Shown here: positions 1 through 9,126 of the stretch, one piece after another | How the letters are laid out: each line of letters begins with the position of its first letter | Numbering within the stretch: the first letter of the stretch is position 1 | NCBI GenBank assembly: GCA_965114465.1 | Contig: CBCOYO010000003.1 | Span: forward strand, 677-57,444 | Reading direction: 5' to 3' | Length of the DNA stretch: 56,768 nucleotides | Source: an uncultured Lachnospiraceae bacterium | Lineage (GTDB): Bacteria > Bacillota > Clostridia > Lachnospirales > Lachnospiraceae | Position numbers and translations under genes: made by a program | The notes under the pieces: model-generated | What the model was told of the DNA's origin: nothing | Seen by the model: only the letters and a program-made list of their open reading frames with translations | Databases searched by the model: none

Positions 1-45
1 ATGAGTCCTGTAAGCCTTGATTTTAGCGGCTTGTGAGAGGATACC
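1..45 (+). promoter_or_regulatory. Repeat-proximal part of CRISPR array 1 leader (truncated by window edge)
   Basis: Identical to 1796-1840, which precedes the first repeat of array 2; degenerate repeats lie at the opposite end. Confidence 0.85.
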
Positions 46-746
46 GTAGAAATGGTTGTTACCCGATTAAGGGAATTGACACACAATTGTTACATCGTAA
101 TTAGTGTTTTTGCATTTGTAGAAATGGTTGTTACCCGATTAAGGGAATTGACACACTCATCTGTCGGAGCAATCACTTTTACGGCAAGCTGGTAGAAATG
201 GTTGTTACCCGATTAAGGGAATTGACACCTTTCTTCTAATTCTCCGTTTATCTTTTCTCTAAGACGTAGAAATGGTTGTTACCCGATTAAGGGAATTGAC
301 ACTAAACTGTTTTTCGGGTTGTTCTTAGGGCTTCCATATCGTAGAAATGGTTGTTACCCGATTAAGGGAATTGACACGAGCCTTGTTTCTATGAACACAG
401 ACAGGAGTACGCAAAGTAGAAATGGTTGTTACCCGATTAAGGGAATTGACACACTACAATTATTTTTCTACTTGTTGGCATAGGTAACGTAGAAATGGTT
501 ATTACCCGATTAAGGGAATTGACACAAAGACGTTTCTGCACTACTCTTGAAATAGGTTACAGTAGAAATGGTTGTTTCCCGTTTAAGGGAATTGACACAA
601 AAAATCTGCAGCCTCTTCGCCTGTAATATTGGCAGAGTAGAAATGGTTGTTTCCCGTTTAAGGAAATTGACACAAACTCCTCCTTTTCATATAAAATGTG
701 CAATGCGCTGTAGAAATGGATGTTTCTCGTTTAAGGGAATTGACAC
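46..746 (+). CRISPR. CRISPR array 1: 10 repeats of 37 bp (GTAGAAATGGTTGTTACCCGATTAAGGGAATTGACAC), 9 spacers of 35-38 bp
   Basis: Repeats start at 46,118,192,266,341,416,489,562,637,710; 3' ATTGACAC handle; last four repeats drift in sequence. Confidence 0.98.
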
Positions 747-1227
747 AAACAAGACTGTCCCTTGTACATAAAAGAAAGAAAAGGATAATTTATTATAAAA
801 AATCCATAATTAAATGTCATGAATCTTCTTGTCGAGCAAATATTCATTTCGGCAGTTTGTGAATGGATACTTTGAAATAGATTTTCCCGAAGGAGGAAAT
901 TGTCACAGGAGAATAATTTAAAATCTATTGATCAAATTAAGACTTAGAAGCGTTATTAAGTAATTTATATACTATGATGCAGGAGGCAAAAGGTCAATTT
1001 TTAATATAACTGTTGTGAAATTGCATAACAAATGAATTGAAAACATATTCTAATCAATACATCTCAAGCTTATTTTTGTTGAAATTGTATAACTCCTTTT
1101 TCTAAAATACCCCTTTGACCCCAACATTAGGTCATGAAATAAATGTTCAGTTAAGCACTTTCACAATTAAATTCTGCAATTAAATTTTCAAAATCCCTAT
1201 ATTGATAGGAACTGTTCAAAATATATA

Positions 1228-1497
1228 TTGTTTTATTCCATAATCTTTTGGAATGCGGAAATCCCCACTCCATCCATGAACCTCTCCAAAGAAGATACAG
1301 GGGGAAATGTTGTAATGCCTGTTACAATCCACCCCGATTTATTCCGCATGAAAAAAGATAACGAGCGCATCAAGACAAACATCACTCTCCCAGCATGGCT
1401 GAAAAGGATTGCGGAAGAACAAAAGGTAAACTATTCCCGGCTTATGGAAACTGCCCTGATTGATTATCTGCAAATACCCATATCCGGCAGACACTAA
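1228..1497 (+). pseudogene. hicB: 5'-truncated HicB-family antitoxin remnant
   Basis: IPTPS...IKTNITLPAWLKRIAEEQKVNYSRLMETAL matches the Firmicute HicB C-terminal RHH pattern; N-terminal half and hicA absent. Confidence 0.7.
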
Positions 1498-1654
1498 GCC
1501 CTTGCCCTGCTGATACATGTCATATATCAGACCATATCTGTTTCATTCATATGCGATGACAGCTTTTAAAAATATAAAGACCTTAATGCGCAAGATATAA
1601 AAAGCGGATTTTGGTCTTTTTATTTGATATTTTGTAAAAAAGCATATTTAAAGA

Positions 1655-1683
1655 TTGAATATTTGTATTATGTATGGTAGAAT
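1655..1683 (+). promoter_or_regulatory. Candidate sigma-A promoter in leader of array 2
   Basis: TTGAAT-17 bp-TAGAAT with extended -10 TG in AT-rich DNA. Confidence 0.5.
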
Positions 1684-1840
1684 AAAACCATAATTTAGCA
1701 GCAGGATTGTACAGATATGAATACAATTTTTAGAAAAACATAAAAGTGAACTATACAAAGAAGTTATCAGAATATTCAGACAATTACCCGCAAAAATGAG
1801 TCCTGTAAGCCTTGATTTTAGCGGCTTGTGAGAGGATACC

Positions 1841-2248
1841 GTAGAAATGGATGTTTCCCGTTTAAGGGAATTGACACAGGTTGATGTCTACTATGGCACA
1901 TGGCCGCTTTCCGGTAGAAATGGATGTTTCCCGTTTAAGGGAATTGACACAACTAGCGAATTTGATTAGTGGATCATAATAATCCACGTAGAAATGGATG
2001 TTTCCCGTTTAAGGGAATTGACACATCAATTTCCAAGATGTATATCCCTGACTGCATTACACGTAGAAATGGATGTTTCCCGTTTAAGGGAATTGACACA
2101 CTATTTTAGCTGATTGCCTATGCTTCAAGAACCAAGTAGAAATGGATGTTTCCCATTTAAGGGAATTGAAACTTTTTTCCACTTCCTCTTTCGAGTATTT
2201 TGCCCTCATTAGTAGAATTGGTTGTTACCCATTTAAGGGAATTGACAC
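1841..2248 (+). CRISPR. CRISPR array 2: 6 repeats of 37 bp (GTAGAAATGGATGTTTCCCGTTTAAGGGAATTGACAC), 5 spacers of 36-39 bp
   Basis: Repeats start at 1841,1914,1988,2063,2136,2212. Confidence 0.97.
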
Positions 2249-2475
2249 AAACAAGACTGTCCCTTGTCCATAAAAAAGAAAAGAATAAACTATTATAAAA
2301 AAATCCGTAATTAACTGCCGTAAATCTTCTTGTCAAGCAAATATTCATTTCGGCAGTTTATGAGCGGATACTTTGAAATAGATTTTCCCCGAAGGAGAAA
2401 ATTGTCACAAGAGAATAATTTAAAATCTATTGATCAAATCAAGACTTAGAAGTGTTATTAAATAATTTATATACT
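2249..2475 (+). repeat. Array trailer, diverged duplicate of 747-973
   Basis: Co-linear similarity over ~225 bp starting AAACAAGACTGTCCCTTGT after both terminal repeats. Confidence 0.9.
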
Positions 2476-2500
2476 GAAAAAGATAATTGAATGTGAAGGG

Positions 2501-3346
2501 ATGATAAAAGTGAAGAAAAAAACAAATCTTATAACACCCATATTGCTAATTATACTATGTTGTTTACTTATTATTATTTCTTATATGTGTTATCACATAG
2601 ATCAGATGTATCAAGAGTTCGAAAAAAATATACACACGCAGAATTTACATTATCAGTCAGAATCCCAGACAGAATATACCCAGACAATAGACTTTTTAGA
2701 AAATGAAATTGCAAAATACAGAGAATTTGTAGAAAAACAACAGGACTACCTAATAAAGATAGTGAGCATGATTGGTGTTATATTAACTGCATTGTTTGGT
2801 TTTTTTGAGATTAAGGGGAGAAAAGATATTGAAAATATGATACAGGAACAATATACCGATCAGGTTGAAACAGAAATATCAAAATTTATTGGTGGAAATG
2901 AAAATAAAAAGTATCTGGATAAATGTATTAAAAAAGAGCATGATGCTAAAAACAAAAAGATATTATTTTTGCTGCAGCAGAGTGAAAGCAAAAATCTTAT
3001 TGAAGTATATGATATTTTAAAAAATCAGCAGTATCAGGTTGAAAAGAAAAAAGTTAGAGGAAACGTTAAAAACAGGGAAATTGATAACTTGGTAGCCGAA
3101 TATGATATCATTATTTATCAGGTAGATGAAAAAGAATGCAAGCAACAAGGGTTTGTTCCTGACGAAAATGTTGCTTATGCAAGAATTGCGGATAGATGCA
3201 ATAATAATAGAGTATACGGCATATTGTATTGTGATAGATTTGGCGGGCTTGAACCAAATCTATATAACCAGTATTTTTATATAAGTGCTGCCAATTATGG
3301 TTTGACTGTAATGGAACGAATTGTAAATCTGTTAAATATTATATAG
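2501..3346 (+). CDS. Membrane protein (2 TM + coiled coil) with C-terminal REC/NARF-like domain; candidate Cam2-like type III effector
   Basis: Hydrophobic segments near aa 10-32 and 83-102; alpha/beta C-terminus KKILFL...YDIIIY...SAANYGLTVMERIVNLL; ends 11 bp before cas10. Confidence 0.6.
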   Translation: MIKVKKKTNLITPILLIILCCLLIIISYMCYHIDQMYQEFEKNIHTQNLHYQSESQTEYTQTIDFLENEIAKYREFVEKQQDYLIKIVSMIGVILTALFGFFEIKGRKDIENMIQEQYTDQVETEISKFIGGNENKKYLDKCIKKEHDAKNKKILFLLQQSESKNLIEVYDILKNQQYQVEKKKVRGNVKNREIDNLVAEYDIIIYQVDEKECKQQGFVPDENVAYARIADRCNNNRVYGILYCDRFGGLEPNLYNQYFYISAANYGLTVMERIVNLLNII

Positions 3347-3357
3347 GAGAAAGTGAA

Positions 3358-5577
3358 ATGGGTGAATTAATATATGAAACGATTCTTGGTGCAATGATAT
3401 CAGAATTGCCATTAATGACAGGCGCTTCCATAACAGAATTTCTTTCCAAATATGAAACACTATTTGCTAGGTACGTAGATTATATTAAATTAAAACAACT
3501 TCTTGAGGAGTCAGAACCTGCGGAAAATTGGGGTATTATTTGCAGGGCTAAGGAACTGGCTTTAGGTGATTGTATAGAAGGAAGCAATCATAGCCATCCC
3601 CTGTGTAGCATTTTCTCAAATTTAAGTTTAAGAGGCAAATATCCGACAAAGATGTATTATGAAACAGCTGCATTAAATATGAAAAGCACTATTCCATGTT
3701 GTGAAAATAAGAACTTTGATTGCCAAAAACTCATGAACGATTTTAGCAAGGAATTAGAAATGTTAATGTGCTCCTCACCAAAAGAATTTGATTCTTTTCT
3801 GGTCGTTATGGATACATTGCTAAAAAAGTATTTTTGGTGTATTCCTGCCAGTGGAAAACAGTTCGAGGATGTTTCGCTTTATGAGTATATCAGGACAACA
3901 ACAGCGATAACTGCTGCACTGATGAAAGCCGGACAAAAAGACGTACCATTTGTCATGGCAGCGGGACATTTTTCTGGAATACAGAATTATATATTTTCTG
4001 TTTCAAAAGTAGGGACTGGAGGTGTGGCTAAAAGACTCCGTGCACGTTCCTTTTATGTAAACGCTATGGTCAGTGCTTTGGCACATTGTATAATACATAA
4101 GTCAGGTCTGCCGATGGTGAATATTTTGATGCTGACAGGCGGAAAGTTCTATCTTCTATTACCTAATACAGATGATATTGACAACCTGCTTAATAAAGTG
4201 GAACAACAAGTATCCGTATTTTTATATGAAAAATTTAAGGGCAATCTCTCAATGGAACTTGTATGGGAAAAAGTAACAGATAACGACACACGAAACTATA
4301 GTAATACAATTGTAATGTTATCAAAAAAAATAAATGGCAAAAAGAACAGGTTGTTGGAGAGTATATTAATTAGTGGAGAAGAATGGCAGACAAAGCGGTT
4401 TGTTGTCTATCAGGATCTGGCTCATAAGTCTATGTGTTCTTCATGCAGGAGTGCACTTGTAGAGAGTGACCAGAACATATGCCCCAATTGTGAGGTCGAT
4501 ACAGAAATTGGCGGCAGACTGCCAAAGATAAGGATGTTCTCTTTTAGCAGGAAAAGAGGTCAGTATAAGTTGCTGGATGATTACTATCTAAATCTGGAAA
4601 TAGATGCAGGCGGGGAAGAAAACTATTTAATTATGCTGTTAAATGATCCGGATATAAATGGTATGTATGATAAGCCCGTCATAACCTATTATGGGGTAAA
4701 CCATGTTCCTACAAAAGAACATGGGCAGGTAAAGACTTTTGGTGAGATTGCAGATGAAGCAACAGGAAGTAAAAAACTCGGCATTTTAAAAGCAGATGTG
4801 GATACACTGGGATTTTTGTTTTCCGAAGGATTGCGGGACGATAGCGGGGATGCGGTATCAATTTCGAGGGTTAACACTTTGTCCCATATGCTTGAATTAT
4901 TCTTTGGCGGCTGTTTACAGGATCTGATAATAAACAGATACCAAAATGTATATTGTGTTTTTTCTGGTGGGGACGACCTGTTTTTTATTGGTCCATGGAA
5001 CGAGATGCCTGCCCTTGCAATTGATATTAATGAAAAATTCCATACATATACGGGAAATAATGAGTGCATGACCCTGTCAGCAGCAATCTGTATGGCAGAA
5101 AGCGGAGGGCATATATCCACTTTGGCAGAATATTGCGAAGAGAAACTGAAACAAGTAAAAAAGGAGGCAGATGAGAAGATATCTTCAAATAAACAGGGCA
5201 GGAATGGTGTATATTTTCTTGGAAAAGTGATGTCATGGGAAGATTTTAAGGAACAGATTGACTGTGGCAGAAAGTTTGCAGATGCCATAACAAATACTGG
5301 CTCATCAATGATAAAACGGCTTGCAAATTATAGTAGTATGTACCAAAAGTATTTAAACAATAATGATCCGAATCAATTAATGTTTCTTCCGATGTTTTCA
5401 TATGACATGGCAAGAAATAGCGAATCGTTGAAAAAGGATAAATGGCTTCAGGATTATTGCAAAATATTATATAAGAATGCATCCGATTATTATAGAACAG
5501 ATAAAAATTTTTATTATGTGGAGTTTTGTGTAAAGTATGCACTTCAGTTAACAAAGGAGGTAAGGAAGATTGAATGA
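3358..5577 (+). CDS. cas10: Cas10/Csm1, type III-A large subunit
   Basis: FSGIQNYIF, LRARSF, KADVDTLG and SGGDDLF palm motifs; CxxC...CxxC; DVSLYE motif. Confidence 0.97.
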   Translation: MGELIYETILGAMISELPLMTGASITEFLSKYETLFARYVDYIKLKQLLEESEPAENWGIICRAKELALGDCIEGSNHSHPLCSIFSNLSLRGKYPTKMYYETAALNMKSTIPCCENKNFDCQKLMNDFSKELEMLMCSSPKEFDSFLVVMDTLLKKYFWCIPASGKQFEDVSLYEYIRTTTAITAALMKAGQKDVPFVMAAGHFSGIQNYIFSVSKVGTGGVAKRLRARSFYVNAMVSALAHCIIHKSGLPMVNILMLTGGKFYLLLPNTDDIDNLLNKVEQQVSVFLYEKFKGNLSMELVWEKVTDNDTRNYSNTIVMLSKKINGKKNRLLESILISGEEWQTKRFVVYQDLAHKSMCSSCRSALVESDQNICPNCEVDTEIGGRLPKIRMFSFSRKRGQYKLLDDYYLNLEIDAGGEENYLIMLLNDPDINGMYDKPVITYYGVNHVPTKEHGQVKTFGEIADEATGSKKLGILKADVDTLGFLFSEGLRDDSGDAVSISRVNTLSHMLELFFGGCLQDLIINRYQNVYCVFSGGDDLFFIGPWNEMPALAIDINEKFHTYTGNNECMTLSAAICMAESGGHISTLAEYCEEKLKQVKKEADEKISSNKQGRNGVYFLGKVMSWEDFKEQIDCGRKFADAITNTGSSMIKRLANYSSMYQKYLNNNDPNQLMFLPMFSYDMARNSESLKKDKWLQDYCKILYKNASDYYRTDKNFYYVEFCVKYALQLTKEVRKIE

Positions 5578-6016
5578 TTTATTTACTGAGTACGAAGAAT
5601 CTTTGAAAAAGGGGTACTTTAAATTAGTGGATGGGAAAAAGTGTCTAAAGGAAGAATTCATTGTGAAATATCCCAAAAGGCTCGCTGATGAGTTGGCATA
5701 TGACAGAAGGGACAAGCGAACATTTAAAAATAAGAATAAAAACAAGTTATCTCAAATCTGGAAATTTTATGACCATGCAAGGTGGATACAGGATAGTCTG
5801 CGTCTGAGAGGGGAACCTTTAGATGTACTGAAAGCGACACTGTATGAACTTATGCCTGCTGCTGCCTATGCATTGGAAAGAGCTACGATAACTGATGATT
5901 TCAGGGAATTCATAGACTTAAATGTTTCTAATATAAAAGATAAGGAAGATTTGGATGCGTTTGTAAAACATTTCCAGTCATTGATTGCATATTTACCAAG
6001 AGAGAATTCAAGATAG
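5570..6016 (+). CDS. csm2: Csm2 small subunit
   Basis: SQIWKFYD...FVKHFQSLIAY helical pattern; overlaps cas10 stop. Confidence 0.9.
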   Translation: MNDLFTEYEESLKKGYFKLVDGKKCLKEEFIVKYPKRLADELAYDRRDKRTFKNKNKNKLSQIWKFYDHARWIQDSLRLRGEPLDVLKATLYELMPAAAYALERATITDDFREFIDLNVSNIKDKEDLDAFVKHFQSLIAYLPRENSR

Positions 6017-6027
6017 GGGGATAAAAG

Positions 6028-6726
6028 ATGAAATTAGATAAGATAGTTACATTTTCTGGAACAATTTTCTGTGTTTCAGGGCTGAGTATAGGAGCTTCTT
6101 CAAACACATTAGAAATAGGTGGAATCGACAGGGAAGTGATCAAAAATCCAATTACTAAAGAACCGTATATACCTGGTTCCAGCCTAAAGGGAAAAATGAG
6201 ATCAGAACTGGAAAAAGAATATGGTGCTTATACAATAATTAAAGAAACAAAAAAATTGGGATTAAATAGTAAAGAACCTTGTGGGTGTGGCAGGATTACA
6301 TGCCCTATCTGCCTAATTTTTGGCGCACATAAGTACCAAGGCGCACCTTCTGCACCAACCAGGATTATTGTTCGGGATGCCACCCTTTCAAAAGAGTCCA
6401 AAGATATCATCAGTAAACTTCCAGATGACCAAAGAGGCTATCTGGAAAGGAAGACGGAAAACATTATTATAAGAGATTCCGGAACTGCTGGTTCACCGAG
6501 AACAATAGAAAGAGTTTCGGCTGGAATGTCTTTTGACTTTGAAATTATCCTGAGAGTTTTCGAAGGAGATAACGAGAATAAGTTGATTGATAAAGTAAAA
6601 GAGGGCTTGAAATTAGTAGAAAAATCCTATTTAGGCGGAGGTGGTTCCAGAGGTTCAGGGCAGGTAAAATTTAACTATGAGATTACCTGCACGCAAATAC
6701 AAGACAAAGATAATAAGTCTGTCTAA
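6028..6726 (+). CDS. csm3: Csm3 (Cas7) RAMP RNase
   Basis: IGGIDREVIK (catalytic Asp), PYIPGSSLKGKMRS, YLGGGGSRGSG. Confidence 0.96.
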   Translation: MKLDKIVTFSGTIFCVSGLSIGASSNTLEIGGIDREVIKNPITKEPYIPGSSLKGKMRSELEKEYGAYTIIKETKKLGLNSKEPCGCGRITCPICLIFGAHKYQGAPSAPTRIIVRDATLSKESKDIISKLPDDQRGYLERKTENIIIRDSGTAGSPRTIERVSAGMSFDFEIILRVFEGDNENKLIDKVKEGLKLVEKSYLGGGGSRGSGQVKFNYEITCTQIQDKDNKSV

Positions 6727-6737
6727 GAGAGGATAAC

Positions 6738-7679
6738 ATGAGTTTATATAAAATTAAGATAGAACCTGAATCCTCCTTTTGTTCCCCCTTACAAAGCGAT
6801 ACTTTTTTTGGTGCATTCTGTTGGAGTTATTTATATCAATGTGGAGAACAAGCTCTGAAAGAACTCCTTTACCGTTATAAAAACGGAATTCCAGACATTA
6901 TTTTTTCTAATGCATTTCCAAGTGGTACATTGCCGCTTCCAGTTGGGATAAGCCAATTAAAAAAAAGACAGGATGATTTGCGCACAAAACAGGAAAGATA
7001 TCAAAAATATATAGAAAATAAGAATAAGGAGAACTTGTCGTATATTACACTGGAGGATTTTAACAGGATTATTAACGGATCTTTAGAACATTCTGATACT
7101 GTAAAGGATACCGAAACCAAAGCAATGTTGTGGCGAAACATGGTAAACCGCGAAACGAATACAGTGGAAAATATAGAGGGGAACAGTAATCTGTTTGAAA
7201 TAGAAGAAACTTTTTCGACAGAGGGATTTGATATTTACATTTATTCCACGCTTGAAAAAAAGATTTTAGAAAGTACATTAAGAGAGATGTTCATGTCCGG
7301 AATCGGAGCACAGCGTTCTATCGGCAAAGGAGCTTTTAAATTACTCGGTGAATTGGAATTATTTGAAGGTTTTAAAATTCCGGAAAAACCAAATGCATTT
7401 GTGGCACTCTCTAATTTCGTGCCTGGAAAAAGTGATCCAATAAATGGTTACTATAAAACGTTTGTAAAATATCCAAAAATCAGTTACACTTCATCTGAAA
7501 CGGATTCGCCTTTTAAAAAACCATTGATATTTTTAAAGGCAGGCAGCGTATTCTTTGCGCAGCCCGTTAAAAGATTTTATGGATCATGTATAGAAAAGGT
7601 TGCATTAAAGGCTGGAACGGTATCTGACGAAATAGTGATAGGCGCATATACAGTTGCCATTCCATGTTATTTGGAATGA
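6738..7679 (+). CDS. csm4: Csm4 (Cas5) RAMP
   Basis: LQSDTFFGAFCW, FSNAFP, GIGAQRSIGKGAF, KAGSVF. Confidence 0.93.
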   Translation: MSLYKIKIEPESSFCSPLQSDTFFGAFCWSYLYQCGEQALKELLYRYKNGIPDIIFSNAFPSGTLPLPVGISQLKKRQDDLRTKQERYQKYIENKNKENLSYITLEDFNRIINGSLEHSDTVKDTETKAMLWRNMVNRETNTVENIEGNSNLFEIEETFSTEGFDIYIYSTLEKKILESTLREMFMSGIGAQRSIGKGAFKLLGELELFEGFKIPEKPNAFVALSNFVPGKSDPINGYYKTFVKYPKISYTSSETDSPFKKPLIFLKAGSVFFAQPVKRFYGSCIEKVALKAGTVSDEIVIGAYTVAIPCYLE

Positions 7680-7682
7680 TGA

Positions 7683-7786
7683 TATACTAACGACCGTTTA
7701 GATTTTCCAATTTCTGCACAGCCCATATTGCATAGGCGGGCAATACGTGCTGTGCAGAAAGGAAAATCTAATCGCTCGTAAGTATA
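7683..7786. mobile_element. 104-bp palindromic MITE/REP-like element, family B
   Basis: TATACTAACGA...TCGTAAGTATA ends, long internal inverted repeat; same-length copies at 14992, 30709, 35466. Confidence 0.85.
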
Positions 7787-7821
7787 ATATTAGCAAATTT
7801 ATAAGAGGTTGCAGAACAGAT

Positions 7822-8781
7822 ATGGATATAGAATTATTTAATGCGTTGCAGGTACGTTTCATAAAGTTACATTTCACAGTGGCATTTTGTGGGGATTCTG
7901 TTCTGCCAAGAGATAAGGTGTCTGCTATCCGAGGCGGCATAGGAGAGATGCTTTTACGTATGAATTGTGTTCGTGACAGACAATGTGAAACATGCGATTT
8001 TGAAAAAGAGTGTACAGTACAAAGAATCTTATACTCCAAATTTGATAGCAAGCCGGATTTTGTTACAACGGATGGAGGTGTAGGATATGTTCTTGAATGT
8101 GAAAATTACCAAGAACAATTTAAAGATGGTGAAAAGCTGAACTTCTATTTGATATTGTTTGGTAAGACAATAGTTCACTTTTATCAGTTATATCAGGCGA
8201 TATCCATGCTGGGCGAACTGGAAGGGCTGGGAAAATATCATGCAAAATACCATGTTATTGGAATAAAAAATATGGAGGGCATGTCTGTTTTAGATGGAAA
8301 AACAATTGACATGGACAGGTATGTAGTGCATATGCTGTATGATTATATTATATTCCGGAATATGCGGTGTGGATCGTCTAAAGGAAGAAAAGATGCCATC
8401 TTAATTTTTGATACTCCTCTGGCTTTAAAATATCAAAACGAATTTATTAAAGAATTCCAAGTGGAAGCAATATTGAAATCAATTAGACGTAGGATTTATA
8501 TTTTGAACTGCTTCGAGGGAAAAGACAATGATATCTTTTATCAGTATGAGGACAGTTCTATGCCAAAGATTCTCAACCAAGAGCATCATGAGGTAAGCGT
8601 TAGTCGCTATTCTATGAGAAAAAATAAAAAAATGATTTTAAAAGGCATAAGGGGTACCGTATTACTAACAGAAATAACAGAAGATGTATTGATGCTCTTA
8701 ATGATAGGTGAACTGATACATATAGGAAAATATACGAGTTTTGGATTTGGTCGATTTCACTTGAAATTTGTGGATTTATAA
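7822..8781 (+). CDS. cas6: Cas6 crRNA-processing endoribonuclease
   Basis: C-terminal Gly loop IHIGKYTSFGFGRF; IRGGIG and Cys cluster near N-terminus; ATG at 7822 preferred because the longer ORF starts inside the MITE. Confidence 0.92.
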   Translation: MDIELFNALQVRFIKLHFTVAFCGDSVLPRDKVSAIRGGIGEMLLRMNCVRDRQCETCDFEKECTVQRILYSKFDSKPDFVTTDGGVGYVLECENYQEQFKDGEKLNFYLILFGKTIVHFYQLYQAISMLGELEGLGKYHAKYHVIGIKNMEGMSVLDGKTIDMDRYVVHMLYDYIIFRNMRCGSSKGRKDAILIFDTPLALKYQNEFIKEFQVEAILKSIRRRIYILNCFEGKDNDIFYQYEDSSMPKILNQEHHEVSVSRYSMRKNKKMILKGIRGTVLLTEITEDVLMLLMIGELIHIGKYTSFGFGRFHLKFVDL

Positions 8782-8835
8782 AGCTCTGTGTCATACAAAA
8801 TTATTTACTTGAATAATGGAATTGATATAAATAAC

Positions 8836-8932
8836 GGGCTGTCGCAATAAGCTGTGATGATACAAAATATTATATAAACCGCAGCATGGTATTATGCTAT
8901 CTTGTATACTTTTCCCTTAATGCTGCAGCCCC
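8836..8932. mobile_element. ~98-bp MITE/REP-like element, family A (GGGGCTGTCGCA...TGCGACAGCCCC)
   Basis: Terminal inverted repeats and inner ATACAAGATA/TATCTTGTAT stem; about 9 copies in window. Confidence 0.85.
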
Positions 8933-8942
8933 ATTCCCTTCC

Positions 8943-9111
8943 TCACATTGAACCGTTCATCTTATATTTTTTATCAAGAAACTTCTTTACATCCTCCATT
9001 GTTGTTTCCCCTTTTTTCCTTTTCAATATATTCTTTAAATTCCTCTGTCGGCTCTAAACCGTCCACTTTAATCATACCAATCGCATAATCCCAAACATCT
9101 GCATTGGTCAT
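8943..9111 (-). pseudogene. Frameshifted VbhA-like (Fic antitoxin) gene
   Basis: Manual translation MTNADVWDYAIGMIKVDGLEPTEEFKEYIEKEKRG, then after a shift ETTMEDVKKFLDKKYKMNGSM*; strong RBS; no fic gene follows. Confidence 0.6.
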
Positions 9112-9126
9112 CCAAATCCCCTCCCT

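Noticed and set aside
83-117. Spacer 1 reverse complement shares AAACACTAATT with ~35639
   Set aside because: Only 11 nt of AT-rich match; not credible self-targeting. No full spacer match noticed in the window by eye
568-771. 67-aa ORF (and 2157-2348 ORF)
   Set aside because: Translations of CRISPR repeats and spacers
7747-7821. N-terminal extension of cas6
   Set aside because: Starts inside the family B element; the same peptide (RKENLI.RKYN) appears in the spurious ORF 30659-30913
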